Assembly: GCA_947625265.1 (NCBI GenBank)
Contig: CANQNM010000001.1
Coordinates: 1-56,042 of the forward strand
Reading direction: 5' to 3'
DNA: 56,042 bases
DNA from: an uncultured Clostridia bacterium
Lineage (GTDB): Bacteria > Bacillota > Clostridia > Oscillospirales > CAG-272
The number at the start of each line of letters is the position of its first letter. The first letter of the stretch is position 1. The notes under the pieces were generated by a model. That model was given only the letters and a program-made list of their open reading frames with translations, made no database searches and was not told the origin of the DNA. Shown here piece by piece: positions 17,367 to 27,053 of this stretch. The position numbers and the translations under genes are program-made.

Positions 17367-18485
17367 ATGAAAAAGACTCTTTCACTGGCGCTTGTAATTT
17401 TGATGGTAGTAGTTGCTTTCTCGGTATTCACCATCGGCAGTTCCGCTGACGACGGCTGGGAACTGGATAACAACGGCAAGTTGACGCTATCCAAGGATAT
17501 GAAATGCGATTATGATGGCAACCAAAATATTGACAAGTTTCCTTGGGCAAGCAAGAGAAACGACATCAAAGAGGTTGTTATTACTGACGCTGTGACGACG
17601 ATTTTCAAAGGCTCGTTTGCTCACTGTGACAATCTTAAAAAAATCACCACAGGTACTAAGTGCGAAACGATTGAGATGGATGCGTTTGCTTATTGTAAAG
17701 CGCTTGAAGAGATTGTTTTTGGCTGCCCTATCAAAACTTTTGGCCAGGGTGTTGTTTTTGATAGCAATGCAATCAAAAAAGTGACTTTGACTAACCAGAC
17801 TCTGGAAGACTTCAAAGTGGTTTCTACCGTGAACAGTTACAACTGGAAAGAAAAGGGCGGCATGGAAACTGGATTTGACAAGGCGGTGTTCACTGTTGCC
17901 GGAGATGCGGATTCTGTTGTAAAATTGGACGTCAAGCCGTCTCAGTATGGCAAAATTGAAAACTGGACTGGCAATACATGGTTCCTCGTAGGCGGAACAA
18001 CCAAGGAGATCGCTGAACAGTTGAAATCTGGCGCACTAACCATGAAGGTTGTCATCGTTGACGAAACTGCCAAAAAGACATATACTATTTCCAAATACGC
18101 TTTTGATGTGGATAAAGGCAAAGAGATTTATAGTGACGGTACGTTCCTTAGATTGGCTGTCTGCCACTATGGAATCGTTCCTGTGAAGGATCATAAGTAC
18201 ACTGTCACGTTGGAGATGTATTCTGGAGATACGCTGAAGTATAAAGGAACTTCTGCGCAGGGTGCGTTTGATACGATTACGACTTCGACTGCTGCCAATT
18301 CTACTCCTCCCGAGGGAAATGATGTGTGGGTCGTGGAGAATCCCGAGCATCAGTATGACGAATACCAGAAACCTGATGTCAATCCCCCTGCAGGTGGCGA
18401 GCACACCGCTATGATCGCGGTTCTTGCAATCGTTGCGCTCTTCGGATCCGCTGTTGTGGTGTCCAAAAAAGTTTTGAGCAAATAA
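17367..18485 (+). CDS. Secreted BspA-type leucine-rich-repeat surface protein, paralog 3
   Basis: It has the same architecture as paralog 2. The signal-peptide and C-terminal anchor coding regions are near-identical to paralog 2. Confidence 0.75.
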   Translation: MKKTLSLALVILMVVVAFSVFTIGSSADDGWELDNNGKLTLSKDMKCDYDGNQNIDKFPWASKRNDIKEVVITDAVTTIFKGSFAHCDNLKKITTGTKCETIEMDAFAYCKALEEIVFGCPIKTFGQGVVFDSNAIKKVTLTNQTLEDFKVVSTVNSYNWKEKGGMETGFDKAVFTVAGDADSVVKLDVKPSQYGKIENWTGNTWFLVGGTTKEIAEQLKSGALTMKVVIVDETAKKTYTISKYAFDVDKGKEIYSDGTFLRLAVCHYGIVPVKDHKYTVTLEMYSGDTLKYKGTSAQGAFDTITTSTAANSTPPEGNDVWVVENPEHQYDEYQKPDVNPPAGGEHTAMIAVLAIVALFGSAVVVSKKVLSK

Positions 18486-18516
18486 GATTCGTTCTGTGGG
18501 TTAAAAACCCGCGGTG

Positions 18517-18554
18517 CAAAGGCTGCCGCTTGCGGCAGCCTTTGTGATGTTTTA
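18517..18554 (+). terminator. Intrinsic terminator after paralog 3
   Basis: A 13-bp stem (caaaggctgccgc / gcggcagcctttg) is followed by a T-rich tail. Confidence 0.65.
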
Positions 18555-18894
18555 TAAAAACTTTTTTTGGGGAAGATTGAATCCTCTCCCTGTCGGTTCG
18601 TACAAACTGGCGGCAAGGGAAACAAGAATTTCAAAAAAGTTTTTGCTGAGAGGTTCTTGCGGGATGACAGAAAAATTGTGACTGTGGACTTTTGGCTTTC
18701 CTTTTGAATCTCGCTTCGCTCGATTCATAGAATTTCGGCGGAGAATTTAAAAAAACCGTTTCCACTGAAAGATCGGCAATCCTTTAAAATTTCAGATGCT
18801 TTTCAAAAGTCGAAAAGTCGGCTTTTGAAAATCCCTGTGGAAAACACGAAAATTTTTTGTCTTGCGGCCAACGTATCAAATTCAAATAAAGATT

Positions 18895-18946
18895 TAAAAA
18901 AGAGTCCGGGGAAAACTTTTTACCATTGAAAGAGTTTTCTCCGGAC
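18895..18946 (-). terminator. Intrinsic terminator downstream of the GH38 gene
   Basis: A stem of about 17 bp (gtccggggaaaactttt / aaagagttttctccggac) is followed by TTTTTT on the minus strand. Confidence 0.6.
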
Positions 18947-19035
18947 GGTTTGTGTGGATTGTATAGTTCCGAAGTTTTTGGGCGCCCAAAGGCGAAATTT
19001 GCGGCTGCGCGGCGGCACTCCGGAGGTACGGTATC

Positions 19036-22000
19036 CTATTTGAAAATCTGGAAACTGTAAATGCGCGCGTGGCTGTCCCCGTCCCGTGCGGGCGTGAGAA
19101 TTCGCAGCATGACATAGCGCGCCTTTTGTGCGGGGAAGGATCGGAGGGTTACATCCTCTCTGTTGTCGCGCACGCTGTCAATGACTGTCCATGGATCGCC
19201 TGAGCGCACCTTTGTCAGAATGTCGAAATCCACCGTGTTCCACAGTTTGGATTCGACGGTGCCCGCATGGCAGAGAAGATACGAGGAAATTTCTTTTGGC
19301 TCCTCCAGATCTACGGTCAGGGTACAGACTCCCTTCTCATCCCGGTTTCCGCACCATTTGGTATGGCCGTTGCCGTTGAGCGCCAGTTCCGCCCGTTCTC
19401 TTCTGTTGACCTCGTCGTTTGCCCTGCACGGTTTCTGGAATGCCAGGTTTTCGCCCAACTCCTTGTATACCGCTTTCACAAAAAGGTCCTTTTTCCCCAT
19501 TTGTACGACGGTGAAGCATCCGTCGCCGTTCCTCGTTCCGGCGCCTTCAAATCCTTTGAAGATCGCGCCGTTTTTGACATAGGGAGCGCGCAGAAGGATC
19601 AGCGCGCCTTCCGGATAGTCGCCATCCCCTCCGGTGCATCCTTCCGTCGTCAGGCGGTGAACCGGGGGTTGTTCTGCCTCTCCGTAGGAATCGTAGAGTT
19701 CCACTTCGTGGTTGCTGTATTTCCTGTCGGTTTCTGTGGCGGCGAGCAGTACAACGTCTCCGTCTGTCGGAAGAATGACTTCCCTTGCGCCGTCGATGCA
19801 CAGTTCACAGGTGAAGAAATAGGCGAAATCGTAGAAATTGTCCTCTCCTTTTCCGTTATGCGTGTGCGTGAAGACCGCGGCTACCGGATCTTTTGTCACG
19901 TGATTGACGCTGCCCGAGATCACTGATTCGACGCTTCCCACCGGACGGTGCATCGGCTCGATGGAAAGTCGTTCCTTCCTGCCGTCCACCGTGAACACCG
20001 CTTCTTTCCGGCAGTTTTTTGACGCTGCAAGAATTCTCAGATACCTGCGTTTTCCTGTAAGGGCGATTTTTTGCCCCTGGCAGACGCAGGCGTTTTCCTG
20101 ACCCTTTTGCAGGCGGTAGAGAATGCCCGCTGCGCATATCCGGCGGTGAAAGAGTTCCATAGGCAGGTTGATCTCCTCCAAAGCGGTTTCCCCACGATTT
20201 GTGAAAAGCCGAAGATTCATCGGAAGATTTACAGGGAGATCCTCTTTCTTTCTGCTCCTCTTCTTTGGAAGGCGCAGAGCGAAGGTTTTGATTTCATATT
20301 CTGAAAGATCGAAGGTGAACGCCCGCCGTTCATGAGGCAGAGACTCCCCCATCCGTTCGTATCCGTCGCAGGCGTACAACTCCAGAATATCGCAGTGCGG
20401 TAGTTCGACGCGCAGATTTCTTTGCGTTTTGCCTTCGGTTTCCCGCACGCGCACAATGACCAGTTCTCCCTTCTCCTCCTCCTTTACGGCGGTCAGAGCA
20501 GCACCTTCGCCCGAGAGTTTCAAGAAGGAGATAGAAGAGTACGTCCCTTTGTGCGCGCTTGGAACGGCGATGGCCGCGGGAGGGTTGTTCAGCGCTTCGG
20601 CGTGTTGAATTGCCTGGAAGCGTTCCTCTTCCGTGCCGTATCCTTCGATGGCGAAGGTGAAGAGGTTTTGCCCGAAATCCTGCCAATCCTGTCCGGATGC
20701 GGGCAGATACCCGCCTTTCGGCGTATGAATGAGCGCAAGGCAAAGCGTGCGGTCGTCAGGTTTGGTCATGGCGTATTTGCAGTCGTTGGAAAGGATCACG
20801 CCGAACGTCCCCGAGCGATCCTTCTGGTCCGCCCAGAGATGCACGTTGTGCATGAAATAGGGATACCTGTCAGTGTTGTACCCCCCGACCGCGCCAGGGT
20901 CGCTGTCAAACAGCGCGCAGTCATTTTCCGCTGCGAGCGGGAAGCGCATGAACAGGTTGGAAGCGCGCTCATACCAGCGAACCCTGTTTTCAAAAATCAG
21001 TCTGGTACTCCCGTTTGACAATTTGATGGTAGTTTCAAAAATGCTGTCTTTATACTTCCTTGTGATTCTCAGCCCTACGTATACCGGGCGGCAGTCCAGC
21101 ACCTCCAAAGATTCCCCTTTACCCGGAAACGCCGGTCGTTTTTTGAAATCTTCAAAATTGTATTCCCAGGATGGCCAGACGGTGCTGCTGTCGGGGAGAA
21201 TTTCAAAACACACGGGCGCGGAGAGCAGTTCCCTTCCTAACCGTTTGTCATAGATGGAGCAGACGTTGTATTGACGGTTCAAACGAACTCTCAGACAGTC
21301 GTTCTCAAGCAGACTTTTGCCGATTTTCAGGGAAGTCTTTTGTCTTCGCTTTTCATCGCGCAAATGGAAGACCGTGAAGGAGAAGGGCGGAAGAACCGCC
21401 GTGAACGCCGCCTTTTTTTCGGGAACGCCGAGTGTGCCGGAAGCGGCGAATTCTGCGGATGCCGAGGATACCGCAGGTGCCGGGGATGCCGCAGGTGCCG
21501 GGGATGCCGCAGATGCCGCCGATGTCGCGGCAAAGGCGGTGGGAAGACGCTCCTTTCCCCCGTGGGCATAAGCGCAGACATTTTTTCCCTCGAAGGGCAG
21601 TTCCAGCGTTTCCCTGCGTTCAAAAGCGCAGGAGTTGAACACCAGATACGCTTTGCCTTTTCCCCGAGTGTCTAAGATTTCCCCTACTGCCGACAGTGCG
21701 TTTTGCAGTTCACCCCCGAAGAGATTGTGGGCAAGAAGCATATCGTTGTGGGAGTATATATAGGCGTTTGCCACCGACGTTCCGGTGAGATCGTCATGGA
21801 ATTGGTGCCAAAGAAAAGTTTTCCACGCTTCCGTGAGTTTTTCTTTGGGATAGGGCTCTCCCGCAAGGAATTTTGCGGCGATTGCCGCGCGCTCGGTACG
21901 GTCGGCAAGCAGTTCATTCTGACGGTTCAGCCGTTTCATTGCGGTGTGGCTGGTCATCGCCCCGTAACCGTGGGGGATCAGCAGTCCGCCCTCGTATATC

Positions 22001-22962
22001 GGGAGGTTTTGAATCTCTTCTTCGGTCAGTCCCTCATAAATATCCGTGGGGGAGGCGGAAATTACCTCATACGGCGGATATGCGCCGCCAAGGGACTCTG
22101 CGCCGTCAAGAGACTCTGCATCGTGCGAAGCCCCGTGGGATGCGACTGTGCCATTCTTTTGACGATCCAGAGCTTCCTGTAAAAGGCGTGCTGAACCGTC
22201 CGTGCAGGATCCACCATAGTCGCCCGTGCCGAAGTACATGCTTCTTCTGGGAACGCCTGCGTATTTCTCGTTGTGCTCGATGGCGCGGGCGATTTCCTCC
22301 CGTGCCTCCAACGGTCTTTCGTCGCCTTTGGCGTCAAAATTGTAGGTGTAATTTCCCTCTAAAAGCGAAACAAAAATCCACTTGCCGTCTGGACCTTTCC
22401 ATCTGCCCAAATCCATTCTAGGCAGGGAACTTTGCGGCATAGGCGGGAGTACCGCGCCGTCTTTTGAAAGCAGAGGGGACCCGGCGCCCCAGACCAATTT
22501 CTGCGTGGAGAACCCTATCAGCCCCATGTGTGCCGCCACCGAGGGCAGGGACGCCCGGAAACCGAAACAGTCGGGCAGGAAGATGTCTTTGGAGAGTATG
22601 CCGAATTCTTTCTCAAACCAGTTGTTTCCGTAGAGAATCTGGCGCATCAGTGCTTCGCCCGATGGGACGTTGACGTCCATAGCGTCCCACGTTGCCCCTA
22701 CCGGGTTCCAATTTCCCTTGTGTACATATGTTTTGACTTTTGCGTATTTTTGCGGATAGTATTCCTTCATCAAACTGTAACGGAAAGCGCCCTCAAAATT
22801 CAGTTTGTACCCGGGATATTTCTTGAAGAGCGCGAAATTGTAGTCCATTGTGTTCTTGATACAGTCTCGCACGGTGTCTACAACCGTCCAGTTCCATTGG
22901 GTGTCGAGATGTGCGTTGGATACGGCAAAGAATTTTCTCTTTTTCTTCTCTTCTTCACTCAT
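19036..22962 (-). CDS. GH38 alpha-mannosidase with C-terminal F5/8 type C (discoidin) domain
   Basis: The RBS is AGGAG. N-terminal GH38 motifs are present (SNAHLDTQWNW, FLPDCFGF), and the C-terminus is discoidin-like. The protein is 1308 aa. Confidence 0.8.
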   Translation of the reverse strand: MSEEEKKKRKFFAVSNAHLDTQWNWTVVDTVRDCIKNTMDYNFALFKKYPGYKLNFEGAFRYSLMKEYYPQKYAKVKTYVHKGNWNPVGATWDAMDVNVPSGEALMRQILYGNNWFEKEFGILSKDIFLPDCFGFRASLPSVAAHMGLIGFSTQKLVWGAGSPLLSKDGAVLPPMPQSSLPRMDLGRWKGPDGKWIFVSLLEGNYTYNFDAKGDERPLEAREEIARAIEHNEKYAGVPRRSMYFGTGDYGGSCTDGSARLLQEALDRQKNGTVASHGASHDAESLDGAESLGGAYPPYEVISASPTDIYEGLTEEEIQNLPIYEGGLLIPHGYGAMTSHTAMKRLNRQNELLADRTERAAIAAKFLAGEPYPKEKLTEAWKTFLWHQFHDDLTGTSVANAYIYSHNDMLLAHNLFGGELQNALSAVGEILDTRGKGKAYLVFNSCAFERRETLELPFEGKNVCAYAHGGKERLPTAFAATSAASAASPAPAASPAPAVSSASAEFAASGTLGVPEKKAAFTAVLPPFSFTVFHLRDEKRRQKTSLKIGKSLLENDCLRVRLNRQYNVCSIYDKRLGRELLSAPVCFEILPDSSTVWPSWEYNFEDFKKRPAFPGKGESLEVLDCRPVYVGLRITRKYKDSIFETTIKLSNGSTRLIFENRVRWYERASNLFMRFPLAAENDCALFDSDPGAVGGYNTDRYPYFMHNVHLWADQKDRSGTFGVILSNDCKYAMTKPDDRTLCLALIHTPKGGYLPASGQDWQDFGQNLFTFAIEGYGTEEERFQAIQHAEALNNPPAAIAVPSAHKGTYSSISFLKLSGEGAALTAVKEEEKGELVIVRVRETEGKTQRNLRVELPHCDILELYACDGYERMGESLPHERRAFTFDLSEYEIKTFALRLPKKRSRKKEDLPVNLPMNLRLFTNRGETALEEINLPMELFHRRICAAGILYRLQKGQENACVCQGQKIALTGKRRYLRILAASKNCRKEAVFTVDGRKERLSIEPMHRPVGSVESVISGSVNHVTKDPVAAVFTHTHNGKGEDNFYDFAYFFTCELCIDGAREVILPTDGDVVLLAATETDRKYSNHEVELYDSYGEAEQPPVHRLTTEGCTGGDGDYPEGALILLRAPYVKNGAIFKGFEGAGTRNGDGCFTVVQMGKKDLFVKAVYKELGENLAFQKPCRANDEVNRRERAELALNGNGHTKWCGNRDEKGVCTLTVDLEEPKEISSYLLCHAGTVESKLWNTVDFDILTKVRSGDPWTVIDSVRDNREDVTLRSFPAQKARYVMLRILTPARDGDSHARIYSFQIFK
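21466..21535. repeat. 18-nt in-frame tandem repeat inside the GH38 gene
   Basis: The unit ggatgccgcaggtgccgg occurs about 3.5 times and encodes an Ala/Ser/Pro-rich linker (SPAPAASPAPAVS). Confidence 0.7.
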
Positions 22963-23314
22963 AAAACCAATCTCCTATACCCCTTTTTAAAATTTGTTCG
23001 AAAATGTACGGCACCGCCGCCGAGTGTTTTGATGATTGACGGGCTGCAATGATTTTATGGACGCCATGCGCGTCCCAACAGGGGAAAAGCATGTGAAAAA
23101 CAGCAAGGCGTCGCCGCCCCGCCTGTGTCTGTGCCCGTGCCTGCCTTTATTTTTTGTAAAAGGGTTCCCCCACCCGTGTGTTTGTTGTTCCGAAATGCAG
23201 AGAATTCTCTTTGGATTCTTATTTTGAATTTTGAAGTGGATCCAACTGTGCACCCTGCGTCGGTTATCTGCGCAAAATCTTTTCAGCGCGTTTGAGGCGC
23301 GGAAGCGCCTCCAC

Positions 23315-24166
23315 TCAAACAATCTGTTTTTTCAGTTCTTCCGGCAGTTCCGGAACGGCGCCCAGTTTGGTTACCACGTAGTCCGACAGCAGCGTCGCCG
23401 CGGTGAGACAGGTGGGAATGTCGTGCTTCAAAAGATGATGGTAGAGATAGCAGGCGCTGAAAGCGTCGCCTGCGCCCACCGTAGACACGGCAACCGATTG
23501 AGGTTTGGGAGAAAAAAATTTTCCTTTCGTTCTGTCGCAGACCATGGAGCCGTCCTTATCCAGCGTGAGGATCACCTGACGAAGGTGTGGATAGTGGGCC
23601 ATGATGGTGTTGCAATAGTCTTCAGGCGCGGTATAGGGGAGGAGAACAAATGCCTCCTCTCTTGAGATTTTCATCATCGTTGCCTTCTCAATACTTTTTT
23701 CAAGAAGGTTTCTGCTGTAAAAAGGTTTACGCACGTTGACGTCCAGAAAAACATCCTCGTAGCTTCCCTCCAAAAGTCGGTACAGGGTGTTTTGAGATGA
23801 GACAGAGCGCTGTGCCAGCGTTCCAAAATAGAGTGCGTCAAAGTGTTCGTCAATTTGTGGAAGCGGGATGTGGTCAAATGCCACGCCCTCTGCCAGTTTG
23901 TATGTGGGACTTCCGTCTTTGAGTGTTACCTGGCAGTATCCGGTGGGAAGATCGGTTCGCGCTACATATTTGCGTCCCACTTTCTTTTTGTCCAGTTCAA
24001 TCTGCGCCATGTGCGCCAGCGCGTCTTTACCCACCGCGGAAACCAGTTCCGCATCTCCTCCGAGCGAAGCGAAATGCGCGGCAAAGTTGAAGGGAGCGCC
24101 GCCCACTTCTGCCTTTTCTTCAAATAGATCGTATAAAATTTCACCGAAAACAAGAACTTTTTTCAT
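23315..24166 (-). CDS. PfkB-family carbohydrate kinase (fructokinase-like)
   Basis: The N-terminus is FGEILYDLF...GGAPFNFA and a GAGDAF motif lies near the C-terminus. Confidence 0.75.
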   Translation of the reverse strand: MKKVLVFGEILYDLFEEKAEVGGAPFNFAAHFASLGGDAELVSAVGKDALAHMAQIELDKKKVGRKYVARTDLPTGYCQVTLKDGSPTYKLAEGVAFDHIPLPQIDEHFDALYFGTLAQRSVSSQNTLYRLLEGSYEDVFLDVNVRKPFYSRNLLEKSIEKATMMKISREEAFVLLPYTAPEDYCNTIMAHYPHLRQVILTLDKDGSMVCDRTKGKFFSPKPQSVAVSTVGAGDAFSACYLYHHLLKHDIPTCLTAATLLSDYVVTKLGAVPELPEELKKQIV

Positions 24167-24275
24167 GGTGGTTCCGTATCCCCGGCGCGGGGAATTCTCC
24201 TTTCTTTCAAACAGGTTTTCCGGTTTTTAAGGATGGTGTGACGTCCCTTTCGGGAAATACTTTTCCCGGCGAAGA

Positions 24276-24956
24276 CTATTTCGCCGGGGGGTATTCATTG
24301 CACAGAAGTCTGTAGGGGGGCTCATCCTCCTCAATTTCAGGGAAACGCCCCATGTTTTCATAGAATCTGTTGTCGCAGGTGTCGTCGTTGACTTTTGATA
24401 CCTCTCCGATGAGTACTTTTCCGTGTCCTTTCTGTGCCATAAACGAATGGTACAGCCCCGGAGTCAGGGTGACGCTCTCGCCGGGCGTCAGCAGAAGTTC
24501 ATATCCTGCGGGGAAGGTGCGGATCCTTCCGTCGGTAACCACCGTCACCGGCGTTTCGGCAAGACCCTCCTCCTGGTCGCTGTTGAAAAGTTTCACCAGA
24601 AGATTTCCTCCGCCTCTGTTAATGATGTCCTCGGTTTTCTTAAAATGGAAGTGCATGGGCGAGTATTGCTCCTCGTCTGAAATGAGCAACTTTTCGGCAT
24701 AGGTTTTGGGGCAGTCGGGATCCCTGACGTCTCCATTGCGAAGCGTGAAAAGAAAGAGTCCAATTTTTTTGAAATCTCCCTGTCCGTAGTCGGTAACATC
24801 CCATCCCAACATGCGCTCCCGGATTTCGTCGTAAGAATGGTCCAGTGTCTTCCATTTCTCGGGCGTATAGTGGGCAAAAGGCGGAAGTTTAAATCCCATT
24901 TTTTCGATAAACGCATGATTTTCTTTGATCAACGCGTTGATTTCGGATCTTTTCAC
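24276..24956 (-). CDS. D-lyxose/D-mannose family sugar isomerase (cupin)
   Basis: A GTG start 7 nt after AAGGAAG gives VKRSEINALI. Family-typical YAEKLLISDEEQYSPMHFHFKKTEDIINRGGGNL is present. Confidence 0.75.
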   Translation of the reverse strand: MKRSEINALIKENHAFIEKMGFKLPPFAHYTPEKWKTLDHSYDEIRERMLGWDVTDYGQGDFKKIGLFLFTLRNGDVRDPDCPKTYAEKLLISDEEQYSPMHFHFKKTEDIINRGGGNLLVKLFNSDQEEGLAETPVTVVTDGRIRTFPAGYELLLTPGESVTLTPGLYHSFMAQKGHGKVLIGEVSKVNDDTCDNRFYENMGRFPEIEEDEPPYRLLCNEYPPAK

Positions 24957-25082
24957 GACAAATCTTCCTTTCAAAATTCAATTTGCACCCTTAACCTGAC
25001 GGGGATTTGCTTTTCTGACGGTGTTTTGTTCCTTTGGATTACAACGCTCTTTTTAAGACCGCAGCAGTGCCTAACCCCCTTC

Positions 25083-25111
25083 AGTATACCATTCTCTTCT
25101 TCCACTGTCAA
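25083..25111 (-). promoter_or_regulatory. Sigma-A-type promoter of the isomerase-kinase-mannosidase unit
   Basis: On the minus strand: TTGACA, a 17-nt spacer and TATACT, about 125 nt upstream of the GTG start. Confidence 0.65.
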
Positions 25112-25264
25112 CATGAAATTGAACTTTTCCCCTCTTATGTGAATAAATATATTTAATTTTACGAAATCAGGAAATGACGGAGACGAATTTTCCGTGACCG
25201 CTGCGCAGGGTGCGCTGCGCCGAAATCTACGTATGTTTGGACATTTCAATGAAATGCTTTTCTG

Positions 25265-25294
25265 CAAAAAAGGGAAACCGTTTTGGGGTTTCCC
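25265..25294 (-). terminator. Intrinsic terminator after znuB
   Basis: A gggaaacc / ggtttccc stem is followed by TTTTTT on the minus strand. Confidence 0.6.
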
Positions 25295-25302
25295 GAAGAA
25301 TT

Positions 25303-26235
25303 TTACTGTTTGTTTGGATTCTTTACTTTTTCAGACGCATTTTCGGAAGCCAACGGAGTTTCCTTCTTTTTTACGAAACGTTGTGCGCCCATACATAGAA
25401 GCAATGTCAAAGCGTTAAAAAATACCACACAGGGACCGATGGGCAAGGAGGACGTCTGCCCCCCGACGCGGAACTCGACAGTGGCGGCAAAAAACAGTCC
25501 CAAAAGAAAGTTCAGCGCTGAAAGTCCCGCGGCGCAAAAGATCACCTGCCGGAACCGTTTACAGATGCGCATGGCGGAAAGAGCCGGAAAGACGATCAGG
25601 GCAGAGATCATGATTGCGCCGATCATTTTCATGCCTACCACAACGGTCACAGCGCTGAGCACCGCCAAAAGAATATTTAGGGGAGAAACCGGTACGCCGG
25701 AGGATCGGGCGAACACCGGATCAAAGGTAACGGCGAAAATTTTTGAAAAGAGCAGAACAAAGACGAGAAGGACGCCTGTGGCAAGAAGTACGCTGAGGGT
25801 CACATCCATATTTTGCAGTGTGAGAATGGAGGCGCCGAACAGCGAGGAACAGATATCGCCCGCGCCCTGTCCTGTGATGTTCAGAATGATATATCCCGCC
25901 GCAACCGATCCGGTACTGATGAGGGCAATGGCGGCGTCACCTTTGATTTTTCCGCTCTCGGAGAGAAGAAGAAGGAATATGGCCGCCAGAATTACAATCG
26001 GAAGGGCGGCGAGCATTCGGGAGGAGGGACTGACGCCAAGCGCCGTGACGATGGCAAGAGCGCCGAACCCCACGTGCGACAGCCCGTCGCCGATCATGGA
26101 ATAGCGCTTGAGAACGAGAGGAACGCCGAGAATGGCAGAGCAGACGGCGGTGAGAAGACCCACCACAAGCGCTTTGAGAAGCAGGGGAGCGAGGTTGGAA
26201 CTGAAAAGCGTCTCAAGAGAAATTTCGATCTGCAT
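25303..26235 (-). CDS. znuB: Metal (zinc/manganese) ABC transporter permease, ABC-3 family
   Basis: The protein is polytopic and contains SMIGDGLSHVGFGA. It overlaps the upstream ATPase gene. Confidence 0.8.
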   Translation of the reverse strand: MQIEISLETLFSSNLAPLLLKALVVGLLTAVCSAILGVPLVLKRYSMIGDGLSHVGFGALAIVTALGVSPSSRMLAALPIVILAAIFLLLLSESGKIKGDAAIALISTGSVAAGYIILNITGQGAGDICSSLFGASILTLQNMDVTLSVLLATGVLLVFVLLFSKIFAVTFDPVFARSSGVPVSPLNILLAVLSAVTVVVGMKMIGAIMISALIVFPALSAMRICKRFRQVIFCAAGLSALNFLLGLFFAATVEFRVGGQTSSLPIGPCVVFFNALTLLLCMGAQRFVKKKETPLASENASEKVKNPNKQ

Positions 26236-26923
26236 TCTTACTTTCCTCCTTTAGGGAAGATTCCGGATCGAATTCCGACGTTGGGCCGAAATATTGCATT
26301 GTTTGTCCCAACTGCAGAACGTGAGAGGAAACGGGGAGCGCGCGGTCGAGGTCATGTGAAACCATCACGACGGTCATGCCGTCCTTCCGGAGATCGGCGA
26401 TGGTTTCGTACAGTTTTTCGTTGACGATGGGATCCAGTCCCGCCGCCGGTTCGTCTAAAAGAAGCATGCGGGTGGCGGCGCACAGAGCCCTTGCCAAAAG
26501 CACGCGCTGTCTTTGACCGCCGGACAGTTCCTTAAACGAACGGTTTGCCAAATGGGTGATCTGCATTTTCTCCATGTTTTCTTCCACTAGTTGTTTTTCC
26601 TTTGCTGTGTAGAAGGAAAAGAATTTTTTTCTGCCCTGGAAGGCCGAAAGCACGATTTCCCGTACACTCGCGGGGAAATCGTTTTGTGCGGGCTGCTGTT
26701 GGGGCAAATATCCGACGGCATTTTTCAGAGTCCCGTCCTTTATGATTTTTCCCTGCATCGGAGAGACGAATCCCAGCAACGCTTTGACCAAAGTGGATTT
26801 TCCGGAGCCGTTTTGCCCCGTCACGCACAGGCAGTCCCCCTGAAAGATTTCAAAACTTATATCTTTTACGACAGGTTGTCCCTGATATCCCAGTGTGACG
26901 TCCCTAAAACAAATCAGCGACAT
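26213..26923 (-). CDS. znuC: Metal ABC transporter ATP-binding protein
   Basis: Walker A is GQNGSGKST, the ABC signature is LSGGQRQR, and Walker B is LLLDEP. Confidence 0.85.
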   Translation of the reverse strand: MSLICFRDVTLGYQGQPVVKDISFEIFQGDCLCVTGQNGSGKSTLVKALLGFVSPMQGKIIKDGTLKNAVGYLPQQQPAQNDFPASVREIVLSAFQGRKKFFSFYTAKEKQLVEENMEKMQITHLANRSFKELSGGQRQRVLLARALCAATRMLLLDEPAAGLDPIVNEKLYETIADLRKDGMTVVMVSHDLDRALPVSSHVLQLGQTMQYFGPTSEFDPESSLKEESKNADRNFS

Positions 26924-27053
26924 GGCTGTTTTACCGCTTTCCCCGAAAAAATGTAACTGTACCGGGGTAACCTTCCCTAAATTTTATATTTATAACTTCG
27001 CCTGCCGTGCTTTTCCGCTTTTTGTCCTTTGCGGACTGCCCGTGTTTTCGGCT

